Assembly (NCBI GenBank): GCA_003551425.1
Contig: PUMP01000059.1
Span: 1-64,000, forward strand
Origin: Candidatus Nealsonbacteria bacterium
Lineage (GTDB): Bacteria > Patescibacteriota > Minisyncoccia > Minisyncoccales > PWPS01
Length of the DNA stretch: 64,000 nt
Reading direction: 5' to 3'
Shown here: in pieces, positions 55,509 to 64,000 of the stretch
Layout: each line of letters starts with the position of its first letter
Numbering within the stretch: position 1 is the first letter of the stretch
Translations under genes and position numbers: made by a program
Notes under the pieces: generated by a model
The model's database searches: none
The model's input: only the letters and a program-made list of their open reading frames with translations
Told to the model about the DNA's origin: nothing

Positions 55509-56763
55509 AAGAATATTACAAAAAATCAGACCTCTTGTTAGTGCTTATCACTTTCTTTTTTCTTTTTTGGGAGCGGCTTATTACCGTTTTCCCTCTTCCA
55601 AAATAAAAGTTTTTGCCGTGACGGGAACCAACGGAAAAACTACTACCGTAGACCTTGCGTCTCGTATATTCAAAGAGGCCGGATATAAGGTGGCCGCTTT
55701 TTCTTCGGTAAAATTTGAAATTGCGGGTGAAGAGAAAAAAAATCTTTTCAAAATGACAATGCCGGGAAGAGCGGTTATCCAATCGCTTCTCAGGAAAGCG
55801 GTCAGTAAAGGCTGTGAAGTGGCGATAATGGAAGTTACATCGGAGGGGATTAAGCAACATCGCCACCGTTTTATAAATTTTGCCGCTGTTTGCTTTACTA
55901 ATCTTTCTCCGGAACATATTGAGTCGCATGGAGGGTTTGAAAACTATAAGAGAGAGAAGGGTAAACTTTTTAAAGCGGCAAAGACCACTCATATTATAAA
56001 TACTGACGACGAGCACTCAGGTTATTTTCTCGGTTTTAAGAGTAAGGAGAAAATTTGTTATGGAGCAAGGGGCGTATCACCGAGAGAAGACTGCAGAGCG
56101 CTTCGTGCCACCGATATAAAATCCTCCTATGACGGTATAAATTTTGTGGTAGAAAGCACGAGCTTTAACCTTAAATTAAAAGGTTCTTTTAACGTTTATA
56201 ATGCTCTTGCCGCTACTTCTTTTGCTTCGCTTGAAGGAATAAAGCTGGAAGTAGCGGCAAGAGCTCTTTCTAATGCAAAAGTAATTCCGGGAAGGATGGA
56301 AGAAATCATTTCTTCTCCCTTTAAAGTGATTGTGGATTATGCAGTTACTCCTGTTACATTGGAAGCTGTTTATAAAGAGATTAGCGACCATTTTGACCAC
56401 GAGAGAATAATCGCTGTTTTAGGATCGTGCGGTGGCGGGAGAGACAAGTGGAAAAGGCCTGTACTAGGAGAGATTGCCGCGGAATATTGTGACCGAATTA
56501 TTGTTACCAATGAAGATCCTTACGACGAAGATCCCGAAGAAATAATTGAAGAGGTTATTTCCGGTACAAAAGGAAAAGGGGAAAAAATAATAGACAGAAG
56601 GAAAGCAATAGGAGAAGCAATTAAGGGGGCGAGAGAAAGAGATGTAATAATTGTTACCGGAAAAGGGAACGAACCTTGGCTTTGCCTTGAGGGAGGGAAG
56701 AAGATACCGTGGAGTGAGAAAGAGGTAATAGAGGAAGAGTTCAATAAAAATGCTAATAAGTGA
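55501..56763 (+). CDS. Mur ligase family protein (MurE/MurF-like, lacking the N-terminal domain)
   Basis: P-loop 'VFAVTGTNGKTTTV', 'NLSPEHIESHGGFENYKREKGKLF' and the Mur ligase middle/C-terminal domain pattern. Confidence 0.65.
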   Translation: MLKRILQKIRPLVSAYHFLFSFLGAAYYRFPSSKIKVFAVTGTNGKTTTVDLASRIFKEAGYKVAAFSSVKFEIAGEEKKNLFKMTMPGRAVIQSLLRKAVSKGCEVAIMEVTSEGIKQHRHRFINFAAVCFTNLSPEHIESHGGFENYKREKGKLFKAAKTTHIINTDDEHSGYFLGFKSKEKICYGARGVSPREDCRALRATDIKSSYDGINFVVESTSFNLKLKGSFNVYNALAATSFASLEGIKLEVAARALSNAKVIPGRMEEIISSPFKVIVDYAVTPVTLEAVYKEISDHFDHERIIAVLGSCGGGRDKWKRPVLGEIAAEYCDRIIVTNEDPYDEDPEEIIEEVISGTKGKGEKIIDRRKAIGEAIKGARERDVIIVTGKGNEPWLCLEGGKKIPWSEKEVIEEEFNKNANK

Positions 56764-58174
56764 TTTTAAAAAAGTAGATGATTATCTTTGGGAAATTCCC
56801 AAAGATCGCCGCAGGGATATGCTTGTTCCCGCAAGAGTGTATGCAACAGAAGAAATATTGGAAGCGAGCTTGCAGGACAGATCGTTGCAGCAGCTGGTGA
56901 ATCTTACTACACTCCCCGGAATAGAAAGATATGCGATTGCAATGCCTGACATTCACGAAGGTTATGGCTCTCCTATCGGGGGTGTAGTTGCTACCGACGC
57001 AAACAAGGGGGTAATATCTCCCGGGGTTGGTGGTTATGACATAAACTGTGGAATGCGGCTTTTTGCATCAAGTGTCTCTGAAAACGAGGCAGCACCGCAT
57101 TTAGAAGAATTGGCTGGCAAATTGCAAAGAGAGATTCCTTCCGGATTGGGAAAGGGAAGAAAATTAAAATTTAACTCTTTTCAAATGAACTTATTACTTG
57201 AAAAGGGAGTGGATTACTTGATAGAGGAAGGATATGGCACAAAAGAAGAAGCGGAGCTTTGTGAAGAAAAAGGAAGAGTAGAAGATGCAAATCCTTCTGC
57301 TATTTCGGAAAAAGCAAAAAAGAGAGGAGCAGATCAAGTGGGAACTTTGGGCTCCGGAAATCATTTTTTGGAGATACAAAAAGTAGAGGAAGTCTTTGCA
57401 AAAGAAGAGGCAGAAACGATGGGTGTCTTCAAAGGGCAAATAATGATTATGGTTCATTCCGGATCACGAGGGCTTGGGCATCAAGTCGCCAGTGAAAATA
57501 TTGACGCAATGGGGCGTAAAATGAGAGATTACGGCATTACTGTTCCCGACAAGGAGCTTGTTTGTGCTCCTTTTCTTTCTAAAGAAGGAAAAGAGTACAA
57601 GGAGGCCCTTTCCGGCGCCATGAACTATGCTTTTGCCAACAGGCATATGATTGGTCACTTTATTCACAGAGCGTGGGAAAAAGTTTTTGAAAAAGAGGCC
57701 CTTAATATGATTTATGATGTTGCGCATAATACGGTAAAACTGGAAAATCACTACGGAAAGAAGCTTCTTGTGCACCGAAAAGGAGCAACCGAAGCTCTCC
57801 CACCGGGAGATGAAAATATTCCGGAGAAGTATAAAAAGACAGGACAGCCGGTAATTATTCCCGGCTCTATGGGAACAGCTTCTTATCTCTTGTGCGGAGC
57901 GGAAAAGGCAAGAGAAACATTTTATTCCGTCTCCCATGGAGCAGGAAGAAAAATGTCCAGAAAAGAGGCGGTTCGAAGAGTGGGAGAAGAGGATATAGTA
58001 AAGGAACTGAAAAAGAAAGGAATTATCATAAAGTCGTTCTCGAAAAAAGGAATTGCCGAAGAGGTGCCTTTTGCGTATAAGGATATAAATAAGGTGGTAA
58101 ATGTGATTTGCGGTGCCGGTTTAGCCAAGAAAGTAGCAAAAATTGTCCCTCTCTTTGTGATAAAGGGGGAGTAA
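56750..58174 (+). CDS. rtcB: RNA-splicing ligase RtcB
   Basis: 'MPDIHEGYGSPIGGV', 'DINCGMRL', 'GSGNHFLEIQ' and 'HNTV' metal and GMP-histidine motifs. Confidence 0.9.
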   Translation: MLISDFKKVDDYLWEIPKDRRRDMLVPARVYATEEILEASLQDRSLQQLVNLTTLPGIERYAIAMPDIHEGYGSPIGGVVATDANKGVISPGVGGYDINCGMRLFASSVSENEAAPHLEELAGKLQREIPSGLGKGRKLKFNSFQMNLLLEKGVDYLIEEGYGTKEEAELCEEKGRVEDANPSAISEKAKKRGADQVGTLGSGNHFLEIQKVEEVFAKEEAETMGVFKGQIMIMVHSGSRGLGHQVASENIDAMGRKMRDYGITVPDKELVCAPFLSKEGKEYKEALSGAMNYAFANRHMIGHFIHRAWEKVFEKEALNMIYDVAHNTVKLENHYGKKLLVHRKGATEALPPGDENIPEKYKKTGQPVIIPGSMGTASYLLCGAEKARETFYSVSHGAGRKMSRKEAVRRVGEEDIVKELKKKGIIIKSFSKKGIAEEVPFAYKDINKVVNVICGAGLAKKVAKIVPLFVIKGE

Positions 58175-58225
58175 TTATTTTGACAAGGACGGTATAAAGA
58201 ATTAGAATAAGGGGCGTATTTATTA

Positions 58226-58366
58226 ATGATTTTGAGGCCTATGAAAAAGAAAAGAATCCCTAGAAGCATCCGGAAACACATTAGAAAAGAGAAAGCTCGT
58301 ATCAGAAAGGATGCCGTAAACAAGGAAGAAAAAATAAAAGAACTTTTAAATAAGTTTAATTTATGA
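58226..58366 (+). CDS. Small basic protein (46 aa, MILRPMKKKRIPRSIRKHIRKEKARIRKDAVNKEEKIKELLNKFNL), translationally coupled (ATGA) to the downstream Nif3 gene
   Basis: A sigma70-like promoter (TTGACA-17-TAGAAT) lies upstream, with a purine-rich RBS. Its stop overlaps the next start in the ATGA arrangement. It is not in the ORF track because it is under 60 aa. Confidence 0.4.
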   Translation: MILRPMKKKRIPRSIRKHIRKEKARIRKDAVNKEEKIKELLNKFNL

Positions 58367-59310
58367 AAATAAAAGAAATATATAATTTAGCCGTAAAAGA
58401 AGGAATAGAAGCCGACTTTAGAGGGAAAGAAAAAATCTCTTGGCTTCTCGACAGAAAGAGGAAGAAGTTTGAAAAGATGAGTGAAGAACAGAAGGAAGAG
58501 TTTGACCAAGAAAAACTAAATAATCCTTTTACCGATACCCGTATTCTTGCTGGAGATGAAGAAAAAGAAGTCAAGAAGATCATGGTAGGTATTGATATTG
58601 ACGGGGAAGAACTTCTCCTGGCTAAAGAATTGGGAGATATAGATTTGGTCATTTCCCATCATCCACGAGGGAAAGCTCTTGCCGGACTGGATGATGTAAT
58701 GGAGCTCCAAGCAGATCTTCTTCATGATTACGGAGTTCCTATTAACATAGCGGAAAAGCTTTCAAAGAAGCGAATTCAAGAAGTTTCTCGCGGGCTTGCT
58801 CCCGGAAATCATAACAGGGTAGTAGATACGGCAAACCTTTTGGGAATTCCTTTGATGTGTATACATACGCCCGCTGATAATCTTGTAGCAAAATTTGTAG
58901 AAGAAGAGATTAAAAAGAATAACCCTTTTTTGGTGGAAGATGTAATGAAAGCACTCAAAGGAATAGAAGAATATCGCAGGGCGATTGCCATAGGAATTGG
59001 TCCTAGGCTTTTTGCCGGCAAGGAAGAAGACAGAGTAGGGAAAATAGCGCTTACGGAGATTACGGGAGGCACGGAAGGGTCTTCTCACATCTATGAGCAC
59101 CTTGCAAGGCAAGGAATAGGGACCGTTGTTGGAATGCATATTTCGGAAAAGAGTCGCGAGGAGGCTGAGAAGGCGCATATTAACGTAGTTATTGCGGGCC
59201 ATATTTCTTCCGATTCTATCGGAATGAATCTTTTTCTTGATTTACTTGAAAAAGAAGGATTAAACATAGTCCCTTCTTCGGGGCTTATAAGGGTCTCAAG
59301 GCAAAAGTAA
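58363..59310 (+). CDS. Nif3-family dinuclear metal-centre protein (GTP cyclohydrolase 1 type 2 / YqfO-like)
   Basis: 'DLVISHHP', 'MCIHTPADN' and 'VIAGHISSDSIGM' match the Nif3 metal-binding motifs. Confidence 0.7.
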   Translation: MKIKEIYNLAVKEGIEADFRGKEKISWLLDRKRKKFEKMSEEQKEEFDQEKLNNPFTDTRILAGDEEKEVKKIMVGIDIDGEELLLAKELGDIDLVISHHPRGKALAGLDDVMELQADLLHDYGVPINIAEKLSKKRIQEVSRGLAPGNHNRVVDTANLLGIPLMCIHTPADNLVAKFVEEEIKKNNPFLVEDVMKALKGIEEYRRAIAIGIGPRLFAGKEEDRVGKIALTEITGGTEGSSHIYEHLARQGIGTVVGMHISEKSREEAEKAHINVVIAGHISSDSIGMNLFLDLLEKEGLNIVPSSGLIRVSRQK

Positions 59311-60113
59311 TGCGTCTTTTCTTAGTAGAGCTTTTTCTTTTTTCGGTCACTTTACTCTTAGGAATTTTAGTTTCTTTTCGGCTTGATAAAGCTCTTGTGG
59401 TAGAAGGATCTGTCGCTCCGATGGGAGCGATTTTTTTATACTTTATACTGGCAACTCTATTTATTCTTTTTTTTATAAAGAAAGGAGGAGAAAGAAAAAC
59501 TTTTTTCTTTCGTTTAGCATTTTATCTGGCTGTCTTTTTTGGAGGACTAATTACACTTTCTAGCTTTTTAGAAAATTATGCTTTTATTTTTCTCTTCCTC
59601 CTTCTTTTTATTTTTACCGTTAAGCCGATTATTTTAGTACACAATATTTGTATTATTATCGGCATTTCCGGGGTAGGCGCGATGGCCGGTCTTTCTTTCT
59701 TACCGCAACAGATTGCAATATTTATGGTTTTGCTCTCTTTTTATGATGTGATTGCGGTATACAAGACAAAACACATGATAAAAATGGCCAAAGAAATGAT
59801 TGCTGCACGTTCTTTAATGGGGATGATTATCCCTTTTCATTTACGGGACTTTCTTTCAACAAGCAAGAAATTTTTTATTTTAGGAGGAGGAGACGTTATG
59901 ATTCCGCTTATTTTTGCTGTTTCTTTTGTCCCTCAAAATAGTGTTTATCCTTTTGTTATTTTTCTTTTTTCAATTCTTGGTCTTTTCTTCTCTTTTCTTA
60001 TTTTTATATCACTCTCACGTCCTATTCCCGCGTTACCCCCGATAGTACTTTTCCTTCTTTTGGGATATCTTTTTATTGAGCTTCAGGTTCTTTATCATAT
60101 AGGTATCCTTTAG
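59310..60113 (+). CDS. Presenilin / signal-peptide-peptidase-like (A22 family) intramembrane aspartyl protease homologue
   Basis: Polytopic (about 8-9 TM helices). It has the catalytic-type motifs 'SFYDVIAVY' (YD), 'LGGGDVMIPLIF' (GxGD) and 'SRPIPALPPIVLF' (PAL) in the canonical order and spacing. Confidence 0.55.
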   Translation: MRLFLVELFLFSVTLLLGILVSFRLDKALVVEGSVAPMGAIFLYFILATLFILFFIKKGGERKTFFFRLAFYLAVFFGGLITLSSFLENYAFIFLFLLLFIFTVKPIILVHNICIIIGISGVGAMAGLSFLPQQIAIFMVLLSFYDVIAVYKTKHMIKMAKEMIAARSLMGMIIPFHLRDFLSTSKKFFILGGGDVMIPLIFAVSFVPQNSVYPFVIFLFSILGLFFSFLIFISLSRPIPALPPIVLFLLLGYLFIELQVLYHIGIL

Positions 60114-61628
60114 GCGATATCCGGATTTTCTCCAGTAATCTCTTGCGCCAATTCCGGAGATTACCGTAATGCGGTCTTTTTTGAATTCATCTTTTACTAT
60201 TTTTTCTGCTCTTTTGATTAACTTTTTGCCGAGCCCTTTATGCTGAGGAGATGCTGCACCTTTATTCTTTATTAAGAGTTGTTGCCCGTAAGTGTGTATT
60301 TCTCTTATAACCCCTGAGCTTTTTAGTACCGAAAAAACTGAATCTTCTACCTTTCTTAATCTTAATATAGCAAAAAGCTTATTTCTGCTATCGTTTTCTA
60401 TGCTGAGAAAAACCTCTTTTCCTTCTGACGCAAAATAATCTTCTCGGAAAATCTTTAGTTTCTCTTTCGGATTATATTCTCCCCTTACTTCTCTGCAACG
60501 GATACACTTACATCTCCAATTTTCTTTTTCGGCTTCTTTTATAATATTTTCCCTTAAGTTAGATATTTTTGAGCCTGCAATGATACTTTGTGAAGGAATG
60601 TCCCGAAAAAGCCTTTGTATTCTCACATAGCGCGGAATAAATTCTCTTTTTATCTTTTTGATTATCCCTACAAGTTCTTTATTAGTAAAAGCACGGTATT
60701 CCCCTTTTTGCCAAAGAGAGTATAGGGGAGCTTCTTTTAACACGGCGCAAGGGTATATCTTTAAAAAATCAGGGCGAAAAGATGAGTCTTCAAAGAGTTG
60801 TCGGAAGGTTTCAACGTCTTTTTTTACGCTACTTTGTGGAAGGTTGAGCATTACTTGATGACAAACCTTAAAACCGGTGTCTTTTAAAAGTTTTGTTGCT
60901 TTTTTTGTGTCTTCCACTTTGTGCCCTCTTTGATTGAAATCTAATACGTCATCAAAAAGTGACTGAATGCCAAGCTCAACCATGGTAACTCCCATGGAGC
61001 GCATCCTTTCAATCTCTTCTTTGGTGATAAAATCGGGCCTAGTCTCTACGGAAAGACAGATAATACGATGCTTTGCTTTCTCGTTTCTTTTTTGGGCTTC
61101 TGCTAGGTTTTTGCTGTTTCTTCTATTGCACGCGTCAAAGCATTTTTTGATAAAGCTTTCTTGGTATTTTTTAGGATAAAAAGACCACGTTCCTCCTATA
61201 ACCCTTAATTCTATTTTATCCGTAGGATGCCCTGTCTTTTGTAAAGACGAGATCCTTGTTTTTACTTGTTCTTGAGGGTTATAACTATTTCTTACCGCAC
61301 GCATTACGGCCGGCTCGTTCTGGAGATAGCTTTTCGGTACTCCTTCCTGAAACGGGCAGTAAAGACATCTCCCTGGACAAGGAAAGGGCTTGGTAAGAAC
61401 AGATATGTTTACTACTCCGGACAGGGAGCGAACGGGCCTTGTTCTCAGCAAAGAAACCACTCGTTCGTCTCTTTTTTTATTTTTATGATAAACTTGAAGA
61501 AGGTCCGTATTGGTAGGAAAAGAGGCTTTATGCTTTTTGGCCACTTCTCTTTTTATCCGGTTTAGATCCTTTATATTGGTCGCCTCTTCTTCAATTATTT
61601 TTTTAATTATTTCTTTTTCGATGCTCAT
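60033..61628 (-). CDS. Elongator Elp3 homologue (radical SAM + GNAT; tRNA wobble uridine cm5U synthase)
   Basis: Radical-SAM 'CPGRCLYCP' (CxxxCxxC), Elp3-type N-terminal 'SGVVNISVLTKPFPCPG' and a C-terminal GNAT 'HKGLGKKLIKRAEKI'. The ~530 aa length fits bacterial Elp3. Confidence 0.8.
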   Translation of the reverse strand: MSIEKEIIKKIIEEEATNIKDLNRIKREVAKKHKASFPTNTDLLQVYHKNKKRDERVVSLLRTRPVRSLSGVVNISVLTKPFPCPGRCLYCPFQEGVPKSYLQNEPAVMRAVRNSYNPQEQVKTRISSLQKTGHPTDKIELRVIGGTWSFYPKKYQESFIKKCFDACNRRNSKNLAEAQKRNEKAKHRIICLSVETRPDFITKEEIERMRSMGVTMVELGIQSLFDDVLDFNQRGHKVEDTKKATKLLKDTGFKVCHQVMLNLPQSSVKKDVETFRQLFEDSSFRPDFLKIYPCAVLKEAPLYSLWQKGEYRAFTNKELVGIIKKIKREFIPRYVRIQRLFRDIPSQSIIAGSKISNLRENIIKEAEKENWRCKCIRCREVRGEYNPKEKLKIFREDYFASEGKEVFLSIENDSRNKLFAILRLRKVEDSVFSVLKSSGVIREIHTYGQQLLIKNKGAASPQHKGLGKKLIKRAEKIVKDEFKKDRITVISGIGARDYWRKSGYRLKDTYMIKNLKLNKKISQKKEKYYRG

Positions 61629-62288
61629 ATGAAAAAAAAGGAAGCAAAATTTTTAATGGAAAGGCTGCGGGAAGATTATAACTCTTTAGCCCCTTCTTTT
61701 TCAAGGACTCGCGATTCTCTGTGGCCGGAACTAAAGTTCCTTTTTGATCGTGCGCGGTCGGGAGAAAAAGTACTGGACTTGGGTTGCGGAAATGGGCGTT
61801 TTTCTCAGTATCTTGAAGAAAGCGATTATGTAGGAGTTGACTTTTCGGATAAGATGATTGAGGAAGCGAAAGCACGTTTCCCGAAAGAAAAGTTCTTAGT
61901 GGCCGATGCTCTTTCTCTTCCCTTTTCTGAAAACTCTTTTCATAAAGTGTACAGCATTGCTCTTATTCATCACGTGCCTTGTGATGATTACAGGTTACAA
62001 GTTTTCAAGGAGATTAAAAGAGTTCTAAAGCCGGGAGGTTATACTTTTATTACTGCTTGGAATATAGAAAAGGGATTTCTTTTTTATTTAAAAAATATTT
62101 TTTGCAAACCTTTTGGCGCTCGTGATACTTTTTTAAAAAGGGAGAAATATTATTATATTTTTCGCAAAGAAGAGCTTTCTTTGCTGGCAACAAAGGCAGG
62201 CTTTAAAGTAATGGAAGAGGGTGTTGTAAAAACTAAAGGTAGAAATAATTTTTATCTTATTGCTTTTAAAGAAAATTCTTCTGTTTGA
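61629..62288 (+). CDS. Class I SAM-dependent methyltransferase, Trm9-like
   Basis: Motif I 'VLDLGCGNGRF', 'GVDFSDKMIE', 'LPFSENSFHKVYSIALIHHV' and 'IKRVLKPGG' resemble Trm9/ALKBH8 methyltransferases. It is divergent from Elp3. Confidence 0.55.
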   Translation: MKKKEAKFLMERLREDYNSLAPSFSRTRDSLWPELKFLFDRARSGEKVLDLGCGNGRFSQYLEESDYVGVDFSDKMIEEAKARFPKEKFLVADALSLPFSENSFHKVYSIALIHHVPCDDYRLQVFKEIKRVLKPGGYTFITAWNIEKGFLFYLKNIFCKPFGARDTFLKREKYYYIFRKEELSLLATKAGFKVMEEGVVKTKGRNNFYLIAFKENSSV

Positions 62289-62344
62289 CAAAAATAATTG
62301 TTTGTGTTATTAGGTAATAAACTTACTACAAAGGAGGGTTTGTC

Positions 62345-62515
62345 ATGGACCCCGTATCGGTGATTGTGAATTTTAAAAAGGATCACCCGGACAAAGCAAA
62401 AGCTTGGGAGGAAGTACTTGAAGACCTGTCAAAAGAAAAACTGGAGGCGATACTTAAAGCTCCCGAATGGGAGTTCCGGGCAATTGCCAACATCTTAAAA
62501 GGTGTGGCGAAATAA
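62345..62515 (+). CDS. Small hypothetical protein (56 aa, MDPVSVIVNFKKDHPDKAKAWEEVLEDLSKEKLEAILKAPEWEFRAIANILKGVAK)
   Basis: A strong RBS (AAGGAGGG, 7 nt upstream of the ATG) is followed by a terminator. It is not in the ORF track because it is under 60 aa. Confidence 0.4.
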   Translation: MDPVSVIVNFKKDHPDKAKAWEEVLEDLSKEKLEAILKAPEWEFRAIANILKGVAK

Positions 62516-62533
62516 GAAAAAAAATAAATAAAA

Positions 62534-62560
62534 AGGCGGATAGTTCCGCCTTATTTTTTT
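62534..62560 (+). terminator. Rho-independent terminator (aggcgga-tagt-tccgcct + T8)
   Basis: A perfect 7-bp GC-rich stem is followed by TTATTTTTTT. Confidence 0.55.
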
Positions 62561-62764
62561 AGTTATTATTGACAAAATGGTTTAAAAATGTAAGATGAAA
62601 CTATGACGGAAAAAGCCAAAAAAGACGGATTGCTTCTAATGTGCTGTAGTGCACATGGCATTATTTCCGTTACCTTTTTTAGTACTAATTTCGGGGAGAG
62701 TTAGGAAAAATTTAAAACAACATAGAATCAAATCTCCCCCGCTACAAGGGGATTATTTAATTAT

Positions 62765-63229
62765 ATGGGAGACAAAAAATATTATTTAACCAAAGAAGGG
62801 CTGGAAAAGATTAAAAAAGATCATGAAAGCTTGCGAGAAGAAAGAAAAAGAAAATTAAAAGAGGAAACTCCGGATGTTTTTCATTCCGAAGACATTAATC
62901 CGGAATATCTCTCTTTCCAAAAAGAGTTAAATCTTCTAGAATCGAAAATATCTAAACTGGAAGAAGTTTTGCATAGTGCGGAGATAATTAAGCCTCCTCG
63001 AAAAGACTCTAAAGAAGTGCAGCTTGGCGCTACCGTAACCGTTCAAGTAGGAAAAAGGGTGGACGAATTTGTTTTAGTTGGTACAATGGAAGCGGATCCT
63101 TCTTACGGAAAAATTTCCAACGAGTCACCTGTGGGATGTGCTCTTTTAGGGCGCAAAGAAGGAGAGGAAGTAACAGTTTCTTCGAAGGTAGGAGTTGTTT
63201 ATAAGATTAAAAAGGTTAGTTATAAATGA
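62765..63229 (+). CDS. greA: Transcription elongation factor GreA
   Basis: 'YLTKEGLEKIK.....L....R......I' coiled coil, then the FKBP-like C-terminus 'GATVTV......DEFVLVG..EADP..GKISNESPVGCALLGRKEGEEV'. Confidence 0.9.
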   Translation: MGDKKYYLTKEGLEKIKKDHESLREERKRKLKEETPDVFHSEDINPEYLSFQKELNLLESKISKLEEVLHSAEIIKPPRKDSKEVQLGATVTVQVGKRVDEFVLVGTMEADPSYGKISNESPVGCALLGRKEGEEVTVSSKVGVVYKIKKVSYK

Positions 63230-63861
63230 AGGAAGTATTTAATTTTTTGGTTAATATAGGAAAACTCAAGGGAAGAGAAAGAAGGGGGTGGGTTTTTCAC
63301 AAAATTAAGAACGCAGAAACAACAGCGGAACACTCATTTCACATTGCTTTCCTGGTTTGGGTTATAGGAAAGAAGAAGAAAAATATTGACATGGAAAGGG
63401 CAATAAAAATGGCGCTTGCACATGATATATGTGAGGTTTACTCTCCGGATTTTACTTCTTATGATGCGGTAGCAATTGACGAAAATAAAGAAATTACGAA
63501 AGAAAATTTTAAAGAATTACGCCCCAAGAAAGGAAGACCTATATTCAAGCAAAGAGCGAAAATGGAAAAAATAAAGAAAGAGTTGGAGGAGGAAGGAATG
63601 GGAGAGCTTTTAAAAAGCCTCGATAAAGAATTGAAGGAAGAGCTTTATGATATCTGGAAAGAATACGAAGTGGGGGAAACATTAGAAAGTAGACTTGTTA
63701 GGCAAGCAGATAAAGTCATTAACCTTTTTCAGGGGATGGAGTATCACAAAAAGCAAAAAGACATAGAGTATGATCTTTGGATACAAAGAGCGAAAGAGAC
63801 TATTGATGATCCTCATTTATTAGAACTCTTAAAAGAAATAGAGGAAGATATTGAGATATAA
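63226..63861 (+). CDS. HD-domain phosphohydrolase (YfbR-like 5'-deoxynucleotidase family)
   Basis: 'ETTAEHSFHIAFL' and 'LAHDICEV' give the H...HD metal-binding signature. Confidence 0.7.
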   Translation: MKEVFNFLVNIGKLKGRERRGWVFHKIKNAETTAEHSFHIAFLVWVIGKKKKNIDMERAIKMALAHDICEVYSPDFTSYDAVAIDENKEITKENFKELRPKKGRPIFKQRAKMEKIKKELEEEGMGELLKSLDKELKEELYDIWKEYEVGETLESRLVRQADKVINLFQGMEYHKKQKDIEYDLWIQRAKETIDDPHLLELLKEIEEDIEI

Positions 63862-63866
63862 GTTTT

Positions 63867-64000
63867 ATGTTAAAACCGAACAACTTAATTGTTAAACTTA
63901 TAGGGATCAATTTTTTTGTTAATGCGGGATGGGGGCTTATTGCTCCCATTTTTGCAATTTATGTTACCGAGCAGGTACAAGGAGGATCAATAGAGATGGT
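63867..64000 (+). CDS. 5' end of a membrane transporter gene (MFS-like), truncated by the window end
   Basis: 'MLKPNNLIVKLIGINFFVNAGWGLIAPIFAIYVTEQVQGG', a hydrophobic TM1 typical of MFS. Confidence 0.35.
   Translation, partial: MLKPNNLIVKLIGINFFVNAGWGLIAPIFAIYVTEQVQGGSIEM

Overview
This 64 kb window reads as a low-GC, gene-dense bacterial chromosome segment with the gene content and style typical of Candidate Phyla Radiation / Patescibacteria-like genomes: short intergenic regions, many overlapping genes, truncated forms of housekeeping proteins and 16 tRNAs. It spans the replication-origin neighbourhood (rpmH-rnpA-yidC-jag, divergent dnaA-dnaN with AT-rich DnaA-box-bearing spacers) and many core genes (ftsH fragment, rluA-like, rplS, infB, tsaE, ruvABC/yebC, tyrS, PBP1A, ksgA, pnp/rpsO, cca, nusA, clpP, rny, mutM, holA, rpsT, rtcB, greA). 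The main accessory feature is a ~12 kb minus-strand locus (17.7-30.0 kb) that looks like a type IV secretion / conjugative-pilus-like apparatus. It encodes a VirB4-family ATPase split into two ORFs, a VirB3-like small membrane protein, a polytopic VirB6/TrbL-like membrane protein and an SPFH protein. It also encodes three proteins sharing a previously uncharacterised two-helix 'VGLVPCG...C' pilin-like membrane module; one of them is a 1032-aa secreted M23 peptidoglycan peptidase with three Fn3-like repeats. Other notable items are two adjacent giant E/K-rich coiled-coil paralogues carrying a recurring Trp-containing ~25-aa motif, and a bacterial Elp3 (radical-SAM + GNAT) divergently paired with a Trm9-like methyltransferase. 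There is also a presenilin/signal-peptide-peptidase (A22) homologue with YD/GxGD/PAL motifs, a proteasome-beta-like Ntn hydrolase, and a tRNA-Ile with a genomic UAU anticodon. All functional calls rest on motif recognition by eye; no database searches were possible.
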